Assembly: GCA_002269645.1 (NCBI GenBank)
Contig: NIVC01000150.1
Coordinates: 372,001-436,000, forward strand
DNA from: Macrostomum lignano
Taxonomy: Eukaryota
DNA: 64,000 nt
Direction: 5' to 3'
Each line of letters opens with the position of its first letter. Positions within the stretch are counted from its first letter, which is position 1. A program made the position numbers and the translations under genes. Positions 1 through 12,368 of this stretch are shown here, one piece after another. The notes below the pieces were generated by a model that saw nothing but the letters and a program-made list of their open reading frames with translations, made no database searches and had not been told where the DNA came from.

Positions 1-937
1 CGGCTCGATAAGAAGACTGAAGCAAAAGCATTTTACAAGTGTCGCCGCGAAGGTTGCAATGCCAGGGCCATCGTCGACGGTGGATATATTTCGCACAAGA
101 GTGGACAGCATCGTCATGCGATTGATGAAACTGAAGCCCAGAGGATGAAATTTGTGCAGCATATCAAGAACGAATATACCAACAACAACGCTCCAATGCC
201 TCAAGTATACCGGCAGGCCATTGCTATGGACGCCTTTCAAGCAAACCCGGCGACATTGCCGACATTCGGTAGTATCAAGGATGCAGCATACCGTGCTCGG
301 CACAAGAACTTGCCCCTCTTCCGGCCACTCGAGCTGATTATATCGTTGATCCAGAGACTCAACAAACTCTGTGGGTTTTTGACATCAATGGAGGCACACC
401 GAATCGCATCGTTGGGTTTTCATCGAGCGAGCTGATCCGCGCACTCGCAGAAACTGATCGCCTTCAAATTGACGGGACCTTCAACTGTTTTGCGAATATA
501 TTTGAGATGCTGACAATCTCCATGGCAAGGTGCTTGGAGCGTGGGAGCCCCTGGCTTTTTTAAGGTTATAATAATTCCTGAACACTTGGTTGCAGCCAAA
601 CGCTCGCTATAACCGACAAATGTGGAACCATTTCAATGAAGATGCAGACAGAACTATCAATGCCGCGGAGAGCCGACACCATGCGCTAAATTCGATAAGT
701 CGCAACCATCGGCTCAATGTCCACAAATTTTTAAAGGAGTTGCGAGTTGAAATTGTCAATGCAGAGACGCGCATTCAGCAGCGAGCCGGGGGGACTGTAC
801 CACCGCAGCCGAGGCTCCGAACCCGGCAACTAGCGAATGCTCTAGCGACCTTCAGAGGGCAGTTTCTCAACGGCCAAAGAAATCCACGGGACTACGTGGA
901 TGCTTACAGCTACACTTTGCACGACGCGGTTGTCTAA
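1..937 (+). pseudogene. Degenerate Mutator/MULE transposase (frameshifted, internally deleted; 5' end runs off the window)
   Basis: Frame 1 from base 1 gives FYKCRREGCNARAIVDGGYISHKSGQHRH (FLYWCH/WRKY-type finger). After a frameshift near 318 it reads ...RLQIDGTFNCF (DGTF at 471-482, first MULE catalytic Asp) and LHGKVLGAWEPLAF. It then jumps directly to FLNTW...WNHF...RTINAAESRHHALN (RTNN..ES.H catalytic-Glu motif), with stop at 937. The middle of the DDE core is missing. Confidence 0.85.
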
Positions 938-1351
938 GTTTCAACTGAACTGAACTCGTAATGATATTAACAGTTTAAAGTTTATTGGTAAAATGTCTGC
1001 TTCTGTGGTCTGTTATTCGACTTCTTACTGTTTGTGTTAGGTCCAGTATGAATGAAAAATAGAATAAAATTGATTGCGAATGTGAAATACAGAAATGCCG
1101 ATTGAAATCGTTTCTGGTGGCTTTTCTGGTAAAATAAATAATTGGTTTTATTGCATTGATTTCTGAGTTGATTTCTGAGTTCGTAATGCTGGTAAGCTAA
1201 CGAAATTAAGCTGCAAAAAGGCTATGGTAGGTAAATGCTCGTGCAATATTACTAATACAATACTTTATTTTTCAAGCCATAGACATCTAAATCACACTTG
1301 CACTAGTGTAGTTGTCTATGGTCTAATGTCCAGATGGTTATGAAATCAGTG

Positions 1352-1387
1352 TCGGCGAAACGAGAATCGGCGAAATTAGAGGTACCC
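1352..1387 (+). mobile_element. Probable right terminal inverted repeat of the MULE element
   Basis: TCGGCGAAACGAGAATCGGCGAAATTAGAGGTACCC has tandem CGGCGAAA sub-repeats typical of Mutator TIRs and lies about 450 bp after the transposase stop. The left TIR is outside the window, so the pairing and TSD cannot be verified. Confidence 0.45.
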
Positions 1388-1670
1388 GTCTCAGTGTGTC
1401 TTCATTCAACACCATGCTTCATTTCGCTACTGGGCCATAGACAATGAAAAACAGTCTTCAATAGCTTGATTCTCCCAATAAGGATTAAATTGCTTGTTCC
1501 TATGCTCAATTGGCTTGGAAAATGCTGTAATATACTTGTTTTTTACACTGCTTGGTGCTGAGCTGAGCAAAAAGAGGGGAGTTACCATAGACAGTGGAAA
1601 CTTCGAGACGAAATTTCAATCCTTTTCACTCTGAAAAAGGGACAATAGAATCGGAATTTGCAGCCCAACT

Positions 1671-2221
1671 CATAGATCTTATATACACTAGATAGGCCAC
1701 TCAGTGGCACCCAGCCAAACCATTGAGTCTATGGGAAGCACTCCAAGAAGCGGTGATTTTCAGTTACGCCCGTAGTTTTCAGTAGTTTGTGCGCATATTT
1801 ATCAGTAGCTGAAACGAGCATTAAATTAACTTTTTATTTAGCTGTGTCAGCGTCAGACTTAGGATGCCTTTGCATGACCAGTGTAAGGTTATAATCAGCA
1901 GAGTGAGTTCAGAGAGAAAGAAATCGTCTATACATTTTTCTGGGTCAGAAGGCTGTTGGACAGCAGTGTATTTTTTAAAGAAAACTAAAAGACGTTGGCT
2001 CAAATGAGCGGATCCACCCCTCTACACAGTTCTGCGGCAGAGCCCCTCCTCGGGCTGATCCGTGTCTAGCCTGCTAAAAATTTTAGCTGCGTCATTTTAT
2101 TGCGATTCAATATATTTCTTCGTCCATTTCCATAGACTACTGACGATTAGTTTTCAGTAGTGCAAGCGAACATTTTTTCGTTAGCTGAATGGGGAGTGGC
2201 CTATCTAGTGTAAGATCTATG
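1671..2221. mobile_element. Non-autonomous TIR element (MITE), hAT/P-type 8-bp TSD
   Basis: TIRs CATAGATCT(TATA)TACACTAGATAGGCCACTC (1671-1702) and GAGTGGCCTATCTAGTGTAAGATCTATG (2194-2221). Flanks GCCCAACT (1663-1670) and GCCCAATT (2222-2229) match at 7/8. Confidence 0.8.
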
Positions 2222-3161
2222 GCCCAATTAGTAAGGCTATTTTAGTCTGTGTGTGAAAGGATGGAGAAAAGTTTTTTATCTATTACTTGTAGATCCAAAA
2301 AGCAAGGTCAGAATAAGCTGATTTTGCACAGATCACTTCAGCACCGTTCAGGCTTTCATCGGATTACTTTGTTACCGAATTCTCCCAGGAGTAGTTGACT
2401 AAACGGGCATTGTCAAAATTGAAACAGAGTTTGGCAAAGTTGAAGCTCGATCTGTCAATATTGATTGCAGATTTTGAGTGCCCGGCCATAGAGTGTCAAT
2501 ATTGAAGAGGAGTTTGTCAACTTCAAAGTTCTCCTTGTTCAAGATCGAGGGTAAAATGGTGTAAAGCAATCGTATTTTTAGCTGATTTAGCTGTGGAAAT
2601 TTAGAAATAAAGCTAAATAAACTTTGGTTTTATAGCCTAGTCTACAATTATTTAAATTAGCTTGTAGGTTGACATAATTAGATAAAGCTAATATATAGCA
2701 TTTCACATATAACAAAAAATAATAGGACTTCATTCACACTTACCCTGTAAGTTCGTAGCTCAATCCAATTAACAAGTTAATTCTTAGTTTCACTTTCAGC
2801 CCCCGACCGCGTGTTGTGAGACCGACTTCTGTCTACTTTATTCTATAATTTTCTTTTATCTGCTATGCCTCAACCCCGGGCCAAAGTGTTGGATGTAAAA
2901 ACAATCAATCGATAATTCTCCGTCAGCAGGGGGGGGGGGTCCAAAACTGTCGGAGCAAGCTTATTGGCTGGAAGGAGGGCGGCTGCCCCCTTCTTGACAT
3001 AGACATAAGACTAGTTCGCCAAACTTACCACGCCTAAGGGGCAACGCACTGTTGTACTCGTAAGCAGCTTGTTTATCAGACTACATAGGCCATAGACAGT
3101 CTGCGTGGGCCGGGTTTAACTCGTACAGAACAGCAACGTTAAAATCTGGTAATGTTAGAGA

Positions 3162-3858
3162 CAAGGACGACTTAAGTAGAAGGACGGGAAACCTCGTTTC
3201 TTAGAAAAGTTTTGAAGGCACTTTTTCCCGAAAAAATACACTACGGAGATAGGAAATTTTCATTTTTTCAGCACAAAAATTGCTATTACTTTTGATAGGA
3301 GGCAGATCCAGTGCTCATCTTTTGATATGTTGTGCCTTTTTATTGCTCTATCGATATTTATAAAGCTTTTAGTTCAGAAAATTAGGATTCTATGTAATTT
3401 TTTTATTCTCCGTATATTTTCACGTGTCTTGTGATTGAAATACATTAGAATGCCACGGCTCGGCTCTTTGGTTTTAGAAGTCTATTTTATCATTCTTAAC
3501 TGACTGTTTAGCAAATATTCGTAACAGAGATGATAAAACAGGTTCATAAAACCAAATATTAGAGCTGTGTCATGCATTTTTGTGATTTTCAGATACAGGA
3601 AATGTACGTAGAATAAAAAATTGACATATAATCCTAATTTTCTGAACGAAAAGCTTTATAAATATCGATAGAGCAATAAAAAAGGCACAACATATCAAAA
3701 GATGAGCACTGGATCTGCCTCCTATCAAAAGTAATAGCAATTTTTGTGCTGAAAAAATGAAAATTTCCTATCTCCGTAGTGTATTTTTTCGGGAAAAAGT
3801 GCCTTCAAAACTTTTCTAAGAAACGAGGTTTCCCGTCCTTCTACTTAAGTCGTCCTTG
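3162..3858. mobile_element. Foldback-type non-autonomous DNA transposon with ~250-bp TIRs (P or hAT superfamily)
   Basis: Starts CAAGGACGACTTAAGTAGAAGG and ends CCTTCTACTTAAGTCGTCCTTG. Arms at ~3162-3409 and ~3610-3858 are near-perfect for about 200 bp. Perfect 8-bp TSD GTTAGAGA at 3154-3161 and 3859-3866. Confidence 0.9.
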
Positions 3859-5089
3859 GTTAGAGATAGGAGAAATGATAGGCAAGGAAATTAATAAAAG
3901 TAAAAAAAAGAAGACGAGGGCAGGGGAGGAGAGGAGAGAAAAGAGAGTAAAGAGAAGATTAGAGAGAATGGAGCTGAGAAAAGACACAAACCTTGAGCAG
4001 GCCGGATTGTCATTGTAAAATTTCGAAGGACCCGAGAGCCGGATAAAGTCAAGTGTGGCTTGCGGGCCGGGCGACTTTAGCCGACCCCTGCAGGGGATGT
4101 CAATTTTTCTATGTTAATTTTATTGGCTCTGCTAAAATAAAAAGTCCAAATTAAATTAATTAAATTACAAATGTTTACAAATGTTTGTCGATTTCAGTAA
4201 TTTCAGCTAAATCCGATATTTATTTAGTAGATAATATTCGACTAGCACCTTGGGAAGCAAGCTCACGCAGACCATTAGTTAGTAAACTATTAGTGTACAA
4301 GCGAAGCAGAGCGAAACATCAGTAGGTTGTTTAGTACGTACTCGTAAGCCGAGTTGAATTATGGTTAAACGAAAGCTTCAACACATTAGTAGCCATTATT
4401 TCCCAAATACCCTCGAACATATTTTACACTAATGCAAAAGATAAGCAAGGTAGATAGATAATAAACGTGGGAAAGCATAAGCAGTCACGTGATGAAATGA
4501 TGAAGTTTGAAATTTACACCGGCAGGTGTTCATTGAAGAGTGCACCTATTTGCTTATAGTGAGTTTTTCTAATTAATTGCTAGTGCATAAATATTATCAG
4601 CCTATAGATAGTGAGTCAAGTTTCACATAAGTAGTGATAACGCGCATGAACGTACTAATTCACTGATCAGATATACAAGAAAATCAGCACACTGTCGAAA
4701 GGAAATATTTACAAGAAAATTTATTTTTTTGTTATCAAGGCGCTATAAGGCGCTAATATCATACTACCAGTATATAATCGTTTTGACTTGAATGATTTTT
4801 GTCTTAAAGGAATATTAAGCTACACATCCGGTGAAAAATATAAACTAGGCATCTATGAATGCAGTTACTTATTTAATTATCGGAAAATGATCTACCTTTA
4901 ATAGGCTTGCTTGCTAAAGTAAAATTTAACTGCTTCATAAGTTGCCATAACCTTGCTTGCATCATAACTTAGTCCGCTTACAAAATCAAAGTTACCCGGT
5001 TAATCAAAGTTAACTTTAAAATAGTTTGAATAGTTTGAAGCAAGCAAGAGATTGGTGCAGTGTCGCACAGTTCAAGCAAAGCACGTCAA

Positions 5090-7714
5090 TTAAAAATCTG
5101 ATCTTAGTTTTTCACCTGAAGCAGGCGAACACTTCACCCCTACACGGTTCATTGCGTATCGATAAGGCGAATACTGCAACAGGTGGAACTCGCGTCCCGG
5201 ATGCGCCAGCATGTGATGCCGGAACACGTGACGCCTAAGGCCGTATAACCGGCCGCACAGGGTGCACTTGTGCCCTGGGATGCTTAGGTGATGACGGACA
5301 ATGTGACCGCGAATCAGGCCGGCCGAAGTGGCCGTGAGACTGCAGAGACTGCATCTGTAGGTATCCTCGGCACTTGCACCATCGACTGCCGAGGCGATGA
5401 CTTTTATTACGTGGTGACTCTCGGGTATTGGAGGTCTGTCTCGGGTCGGTTTCATCTCGACTGGCTCTCCGTCGCTGTCACCTTCTGGCTGTTCGGCAGC
5501 TTCAGCGCACGCAGGCGTCGGTGACTTCCCCGGAGTCAAACAGCCCTGTCGCTGTTTCCGATCAGGCTTAGACGATTCGTCCAATAGGAAACCAGAGCTG
5601 CGACTGAAGGCGGGCGGAACAAATGGCAGTAAACTTGATATAACTTGATTCATCTCCACTGTTTCAGAAATAACCAAATCACTGGGCTTACTACTTTGAG
5701 TAGCTTCTTAAACTCTATTCTGAGCTAAATAAAGCTAAATAATAATAATTGATTACACCTGCCCTAATGGGCAGATGTGCAATCGACAGCTCAGCCGCAG
5801 CTATTGCGCGGCGCATCTGAAGGCTGCGTACGGCTGTTCAGTCCAAGGGCTGGGGGGTCGCCACACACCCTCAATTACCCCAGCTAATGCTGGCACCCAT
5901 TTTACAGCTGGGTGAGCTGGAGCAATGCAGAGTTAAATGTCTTGCTCAAGGACACAAATTGTTCCGAGTGAGTCAAGAATCGAACCCCCGACCTTCAACT
6001 CGTGAGTCCGACGCTCTCACTACTAGGCGACAACTCCCCGACTAAAACGCACGCTAAAACCTACCGAACCAAGGCTAAAACCTACGAGTAGCAAGAATAG
6101 AGCGTGAAGCTAATCTCTTATAGGAAGCGCTAAAATCCTCTGTTAACTTAATTCGATGCGTCTTGTCACCTATTATTGGCAGTCTGTCTGCCAGTCTTTC
6201 TTCGAGTAGTTGAAGTGGTGCCCTTCCACTTCAGCCTCGCCAGATGTAGCAGCAGTTGATCCGGCAATAATCGGTTGTCGTCTCTACTTAACCTGCTCGC
6301 GTGCATGCAAGTCGTCTTGTAGCGGTCAGGCACTTTGGCATGGACTCCCAGGATGTGCTTGCGAATGTCGCCCATGCCGTGCGGACTGATGGCCGAGCAG
6401 CCGGAGCAGCGGAATGCTCGCCGATTGGAATGCCGCGTCACAGCCACTTTGTAAGTGCTATAGTAGTCCATTTTGGTGCGCAGGACAGCCAGGGTATTCT
6501 GGAATTCGTAGAATTACTAACCATATGCAAAACAGTTGAAGCAAATCTCATTCAACAAAAGCCATTTTTTAATTTCGGCTTTCAATTTGATTTCTCTTAA
6601 ATTCAAATTTTTACGATAGACAGGTGTAGCCTCGCCAGGCAATCTGGTCGTTGAAGCTACATCTCACTTTGTCAAAGTTAAATCTCACTTTTTCAAAGCC
6701 ACATCTCAACTGTTCTAATAAATTGACAAAGCTAAATCTCAGACCTGTTCAAAAGCTACCGGTAAACCTTACCTGGTCACAAATTCCATTCATCAAAGTC
6801 TGCAGTGCACTCCAAGAATACGGCAAATCAATGACTCGCTCAAGCTCGCTCTCAGTCAGAGACATCAGTGTAGACAGTCGCTGCTCCTCAGTGGCCTCTT
6901 CGTGCGGCTGAATGGGCAGCTGCGGAAGCGGCATCACTGATGCCGGAGATGCCGGACTGTAAAGCAGCGAAGGAAACTCGGCGCCGCTGTCTTCGCCATC
7001 GAAGCTCCTCAAAATGGCGGCGACTCTGCCAGGCCGTTCAGTAGCCAGCCGGAGCAGCATTTGGTCTGGGTAGAGCCGCCAGTTATTCTCCCTGGAGATT
7101 CTGCTGGCCTGACAGCAGACCGTCAGCAAGTCGTGCCCGATGCGGGCGTGCACGCCCATCACGTGACGCCTAGCGTCGGCTAGAGTGCTCGGTCGGACGG
7201 TTGCATTCGGACGTCGGATGGTGTGGAACACGCGGCCGCACTGGCATTTGTACGCCACCGTCCGTCCGCGGCGCATCTGCCGGACCAGACGGTAGTCGGA
7301 GTAGGCTCGCATCTTTCGCATGAGCTCGGCCCGCTGCTCAGGCTCGCTGCACTGATCTTTGAGCAGCAGAACCAGCGCAGACTCAGAGAATGGCAAGCTG
7401 ATCTCCTCTTCCTCGTCGACACCTTCCGCTGCTTCGAAGTGGCTGGCGTTCTGACCGAAGTGCAGCTGGCTGGTTGGCGCGCTGTCCAGCTGCCGAATCT
7501 GCTGCTGGCTGCCGATGCCGGTTCGAGAAGTTTTGTGTGTTACGCTCGCGTCCGCTCTGCCGCTGCTCGGTCGCTTCTGAGGCTCACGCAATATTTGGGA
7601 CAGAGCGGAGCAGGCCGGCTTCGAGCGGCTCCGCAGAACTTTTGGCACCTTAACCGACTCGTCGATAGGAGTCACGACCCGACTGCTGGTCACTTCTTCG
7701 TGGATGCGAATCGC
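5090..7714 (-). CDS. C2H2 zinc-finger protein, 3' exons (two extended-finger domains plus two terminal C2H2 fingers)
   Basis: Exons 7714-6773 (phase 0/0), 6498-6170 (0/2) and 5603-5090 (2/stop), each with canonical AG/GT sites and matching phases. Fingers: YKCQCG..RRHVMGVH, FRCSGC..RKHILGVH, YRCSLC..GHIVRHH, HKCTLCG..RHHMLAH. Confidence 0.8.
5735..6040 (-). mobile_element. tRNA-derived SINE with V/Meta-type central domain
   Basis: The minus strand begins GGAGTTGTCGCCTAGTAGTGAGAGCGTCGGACTCACGAGTTGAAGGTCGGGGGTTCGATTC (A-box and B-box). It continues with GTGTCCTTGAGCAAGACATTTAAC, the conserved core seen in V-/Meta-SINEs, then a 3' hairpin TGCCCATTAGGGCA and an (ATT)n tail. It sits in a zinc-finger gene intron. 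Confidence 0.7.
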
Positions 7715-9204
7715 CTGAATATTTTTATTGACAATATTTAAACCACGCTCTTTTTTAAAAGACGCAATAAAAAAGGTTCAGGATCTGGTAGGATGGAAGA
7801 CCAACTGAGGCATCTTTACGAGACCAAAGTGTCTCGAGCAGCAAGTTCAGGGCTGGGGGTATACAAAAACGTCAGAGTTACCCGAAAATCATTCGTTCAT
7901 TCAAACACAGTCTCTACAGGGCGCAATACATGCAAGCTGCAGACCCAACGAAGCTTTTTGGAGATTTGTGAAACGAAACACACCGTGCTGCATGGTCCAG
8001 GCCCTGTGGAGCGGCCGGGGCAAGCGGCAGTCAACCACTTGTTCGTCTTGGCCTGCCTTGTTTCATTTCTACTAAGCGCAGCACGAGCCATAGGCGGCAT
8101 TGACGGGTGGGCCCTTGCCGTCCTGGCGAACTGATAAAGCAATATCGCCCCCCGCCCCGGCCGCGCTGCACTGCAGAGAGGCATAGTAGCCAGGCGTTGA
8201 GCTGCATGAAAGCCATACAGTCAAAGCCGAACGGATTTGTTTGTCCATGGGGCAGCTGTTCCTTCGTTCAGCACTGATTCAGAGACGCGCACGCAGCGAA
8301 GAAGGCGTGGGGGGGGGGGGGTTGGCTACAGCCCCTTAGCCCTGGGGGTCTCTTCTCCACAGGGCTAGTTTGTCGCGTCGAGACTGGCGACTTTGTGATT
8401 TCCTGATATTTCTGCTTTTACCCGGCGGTACCGCCGGCCGCTGCGCCACCCCTGAAACCCCCCCCCCACCACCGAAATTAGTGAGGCTTCTGCGCAGGGG
8501 AGGATCGCGAACACTTCGAAATCTCGCACCAAGGTCTGTTTAGGTTCGCTCGTTGAAATTGGAGTGAATTGAGTGCTATATGCGCACTAATTTGCCACCT
8601 TGTGTGCGTGTGGAGACAAGAGGTATTGGCTGCCAGCCACCGCAACAAAATCCGCAACACACAGGTTTGAGTCGGGACTGTTTCTAAATGCTTCATTGCA
8701 TCCATATACTCCAATTGTTTTATTTCCAGTGGAAAATGCGATGGCGGATGTGCAGATTCCCTTATGCTAGCTTGATTCTCAGAAGAGGAAGTGCAGATTC
8801 CCTTATGCTTTTCGAGTCCAGCTACGAGCGCTCTGTGAGAGGAGCTTCAGAAGCCCTTTCAAATGGATTAATTCTCAAAATGGACTACTCAGCCTAAGAA
8901 TGCAGCTTCTGTTCTAATCTAGGTAATTATTGCTGCATAACAGGGGAGGATACAGGGGGACAGGGACTTCGATTGTTTTCGTTTGTTTTTGGTCTCTGCT
9001 GATTATATTCCGTCAGCTATTGCAGTTCATAGGCTTTGCAATGGCAAACAGGTATGCATGCCTCGGGGCTTGATCGATCAGGATTGCCTTTCAAAGCCCC
9101 TTACGAACAGTGAAAGATTTCTTCTCGTTGTTCGTTGTCTTTTCGTTGCTTTTCCGTTTCTATTATCGAACTCGCAAGATTCAGGTTTCCATCTTCTGTG
9201 CTCT

Positions 9205-10085
9205 GAAATCCCCGCGAATTAGAATCTGAAATCCCCGCCCATAAGACTCTGAAATCCCCGCCAATTAGACCCTGAAATCCCTGCCAATTAGACTCTGAAA
9301 TCCCTGCCAGTTAGACTCTGAAATCAGGGACTACTCAAACACCGGGACGGGAAACAAAAATTCTTTTACGAGGCTGGCTGGCAATTATTTTCATTAGAGA
9401 GATGCTGTGTTACTTTGTTGTCTATGGTTATTTTCTACTGCTGATGATAGACCAGCCTCGTAAAAAAATTCCAGCCCCCCGTCCCGGTGTTTGAGTAGTC
9501 CCTGTCTGAAATCCCTGCCAATTAGACTCTGAAATCCATGTCAATTAGGATCCGGAATCCCCGCCAATTAGAATCCAGAATCCCAGCCAATTAGAAACTG
9601 AAATCCCCGCCAATTAGAATGTGGAATCCCCGCCAATTAGAATCCAGAATCCCCGCCAATTAGAAACTGAAATCCCCGCCAATTAGAATGTGGAATCCCC
9701 GCCAATTAGAATCCAGAATTCCGCGCCAATTAGAATCCAGAATCCCCGCCAATTAGAAACTGAAATCCCCGCCAATTAGAAACTGAAATCCCCGCCAATT
9801 AGAATGTGGAATCCCCGCCAATTAGAATCCAGAATTCCGCGCCAATTAGAATCCAGAATCCCCGCCAATTAGAAACTGAAATCCCCGCCAATTAGAATGT
9901 GGAATCCCCGCCAATTAGAATCCAGAATCCCCGCCAATTAGAAACTGAAATCCCCGCCAATTAGAATCCGGAATCCCCGCCAATTAGAATCCAGAATCCC
10001 CGCCAATTAGAATCCGGAATCCCCGCCCGTTAGAATCTGGAGTCCCCGCCAATTAGAATCCAGAATCCCCGCCAATTAGAATCCG
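9205..10085. repeat. 23-bp minisatellite (GAATCCCCGCCAATTAGAATCCA and variants)
   Basis: Direct inspection. Variants ending AATCCA, AAACT and AATGTG recur in trimers. The array is interrupted by a MITE at 9325-9504. Confidence 0.95.
9325..9504. mobile_element. 180-bp hAT-type MITE inserted in a minisatellite
   Basis: TIRs CAGGGACTACTCAAACACCGGGACGGG / CCCGTCCCGGTGTTTGAGTAGTCCCTG. Perfect 8-bp TSD TCTGAAAT at 9317-9324 and 9505-9512. Confidence 0.9.
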
Positions 10086-10626
10086 AAGCCTCAGTAATGA
10101 GAATCATAAATGAAAAAGCATATCGTTAGCTGTCCAGCTTGTTAACCTAAAAGCTTAACAAACATCCAGCAACTACAAAACCACAGTGCAACGCACCCAT
10201 AAGTCAAAGCAGAAACGAGAAAGGCAGGTAGTGAGGGCCAAGCAACAGCTCAGAAAGATGAGATCTGTGTATAGACCTATGCTACGGAAGCAGGCGAGGA
10301 CTATAAAGCCAGAGGGTCCGAGCGACTGGGAGTGTCACCGACCGTGTGTGTGACAGGAAATCAGAGAGACCGGGCTCGCTTGTTGGTACGCACGCCAGGG
10401 GGGGGAGGGGCGATCCAGCTGTACCCGCCTGACTGCCTCACCCACCCGAGAGCCGACTGCATGCTTGTATCGTCGAGGTGGGAGAGAGACAGGCAGACCG
10501 ACGGAGAATCAGAATTAAGAGCGCGAGGGGTTGCTTGGGCTGTTGGGTTGTGAATAGGCCAGAGGTCACAGCTTGAGAGCCCGGCCAAATGGCCTAGCGC
10601 ACTCAGCTCTGCACAACCTGCTATTG

Positions 10627-11170
10627 ACTACTGAGTCAGTCAGTCAGTCAGTCAGTCAGTCAGTCAGTCAGTCAGTCAGTCAGTCAGTCAGTCAGTCAGT
10701 CAGTCAGTCAGTCAGTCAGTCAGTCAGTCAGTCAGTCAGTCAGTCAGTCAGTCAGTCACCCACTCACTCAAGTCAGTCAGTCAGTCAGTCAGTCACCCAC
10801 TCACTCAAGTCAGTCAGTCAGTCAGTCAGTCAGTCAGTCAGTCAGTCAGTCAGTCAGTCAGTCAGTCAGTCAGTCAGTCACCCACTCACTCAAGTCAGTC
10901 AGTCACCCACTCACTCAAGTCAGTCAGTCAGTCAGTCAGTCACCCACTCACTCAAGTCAGTCAGTCAGTCAGTCAGTCAGTCAGTCAGTCAGTCAGTCAG
11001 TCAGTCAGTCAGTCAGTCAGTCACCCACTCACTCAAGTCAGTCAGTCAGTCACTCACTCAAGTCAGTCAGTCAGTCAGTCAGTCAGTCACCCACTCACTC
11101 AAGTCAGTCAGTCAGTCAGTCAGTCAGTCACCCACTCACTCAAGTCAGTCAGTCAGTCAGTCAGTCAGCC
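10627..11170. repeat. (TCAG)n microsatellite with periodic TCACCCACTCACTCAAG interruptions
   Basis: Direct inspection. It begins just inside the GTGAGT donor at 11184. Confidence 0.95.
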
Positions 11171-11184
11171 AGTCTCAGACTCAC

Positions 11185-12368
11185 CCCACTCAGGGGATGC
11201 TCAGAGGCAATATGCGCATCAATTCTGGCGGCATCAGTGGACGCCAAGCCGCACTCTGAGCAGTGGTTCAGCCCGAATCTTAGACAGCCTTCCTCGCCGT
11301 CCTTGCCGCTGCATTCAGCCTGATGACTGACAAAGGCCTTCCAGCTCATCGCGCAGAACTGGCAGTTTGGACAGATGAGCGATGAAGCGCCCGAGTGGTG
11401 GTTGGCGCTGACTAATAAGCCGCTGGCGAAGCTGTCCGCATCGCTGTGGCATCGGTCGACATGCTGCTGAACAGCCAGCTGGGAGGGACTCTTTACTAGG
11501 CAGCCGGGCACTCGGCAGTGGTGCAGCAGCCCAGATGAAGCCGACGAGTCAGTTGAGAAATGTCCAACTAGATGTGCTGCTATGTCGGAGAGCGCTAGGT
11601 CAGCGAAACAGTAGGGGCAGGGCATTGGCACCGCCTCCGGGCCTTCGCTGTGGTGCTGCGATTTCAAGTGCTGGATGAGTTGATCCGGCTGCCAGGCGGA
11701 GAAGGCCAAGCAGTGTCCGCAGACGAAGCAGCCGCTAGCGGATTCGAGAGCGCAGACTGTGTTGAAAAGGCGGGCCTGACGTTCCTGCTGCGAGAGCAAG
11801 ATGGCGCGGTGGCGCTTCAGTTTGGCTATGAGGACCTGCAATTAGGATAAGAATTTTGCATAGCGCATATTTTATTAAAGACAAATAAACTTTCACAAGT
11901 TAAAAAAATGCACGCAATTTTCTTGTCATATCAAAAAACACATTGTATACACATGCTGCAGTACAGAATCTAGGTAAAATGTTTCAAAATTCTTAGTGTG
12001 TAAAAATACTTTTAGCTGATCACATACTACAATTTATATAGTCCTATATAACAAAAGTATTATAAATATTAATATATTAAAAACACAGATTAAAACGAAT
12101 ATTGCTTTCTCACAAGCAAAAATTGAATTAATTTAGTGGTATCTAAAACTTAATATAAAATATTTTAAGCACAATTAAAAAGCTTAAAATAACATTGAAA
12201 ATTTTAGAAGACAACTGTACAGTAAAACAGATTTAAAAATTAAATAATTTAAAAAACAAAAAAAAATGTTGTAAAAAGACTCACAATAGCTGATAATGTA
12301 TCGACTTGTTTGGTTTGAGAAGCAGTGCAGTTTAATTCACTTAAACCTTTAATAGTCTGGTAATTCAT
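11185..12368 (-). CDS. C2H2-type multi-zinc-finger protein, 5' exons (probably the same gene as 5090-7714)
   Basis: Exon 11835-11185 (cag|GTC...GGG|gtgagt, phase 0/0) encodes five fingers: CFVC..HLKSQH, CPYC..HLVGH, CRVPGC..HVDRCH, CPNC..HQAEC and CSEC..HIASEH. A candidate first exon at 12368-12285 (MNYQTIKG...TLSAI|gtgagt) splices in frame but is less certain. Confidence 0.7.

Noticed and set aside
3998-4090. hAT-like end TTAGCCGACCCCTG, with a similar CAGGGGTTGGCAAACTCCGG start at ~51838
   Set aside because: Only single termini are present, with no matching TIR or TSD nearby. They are too fragmentary to define elements.
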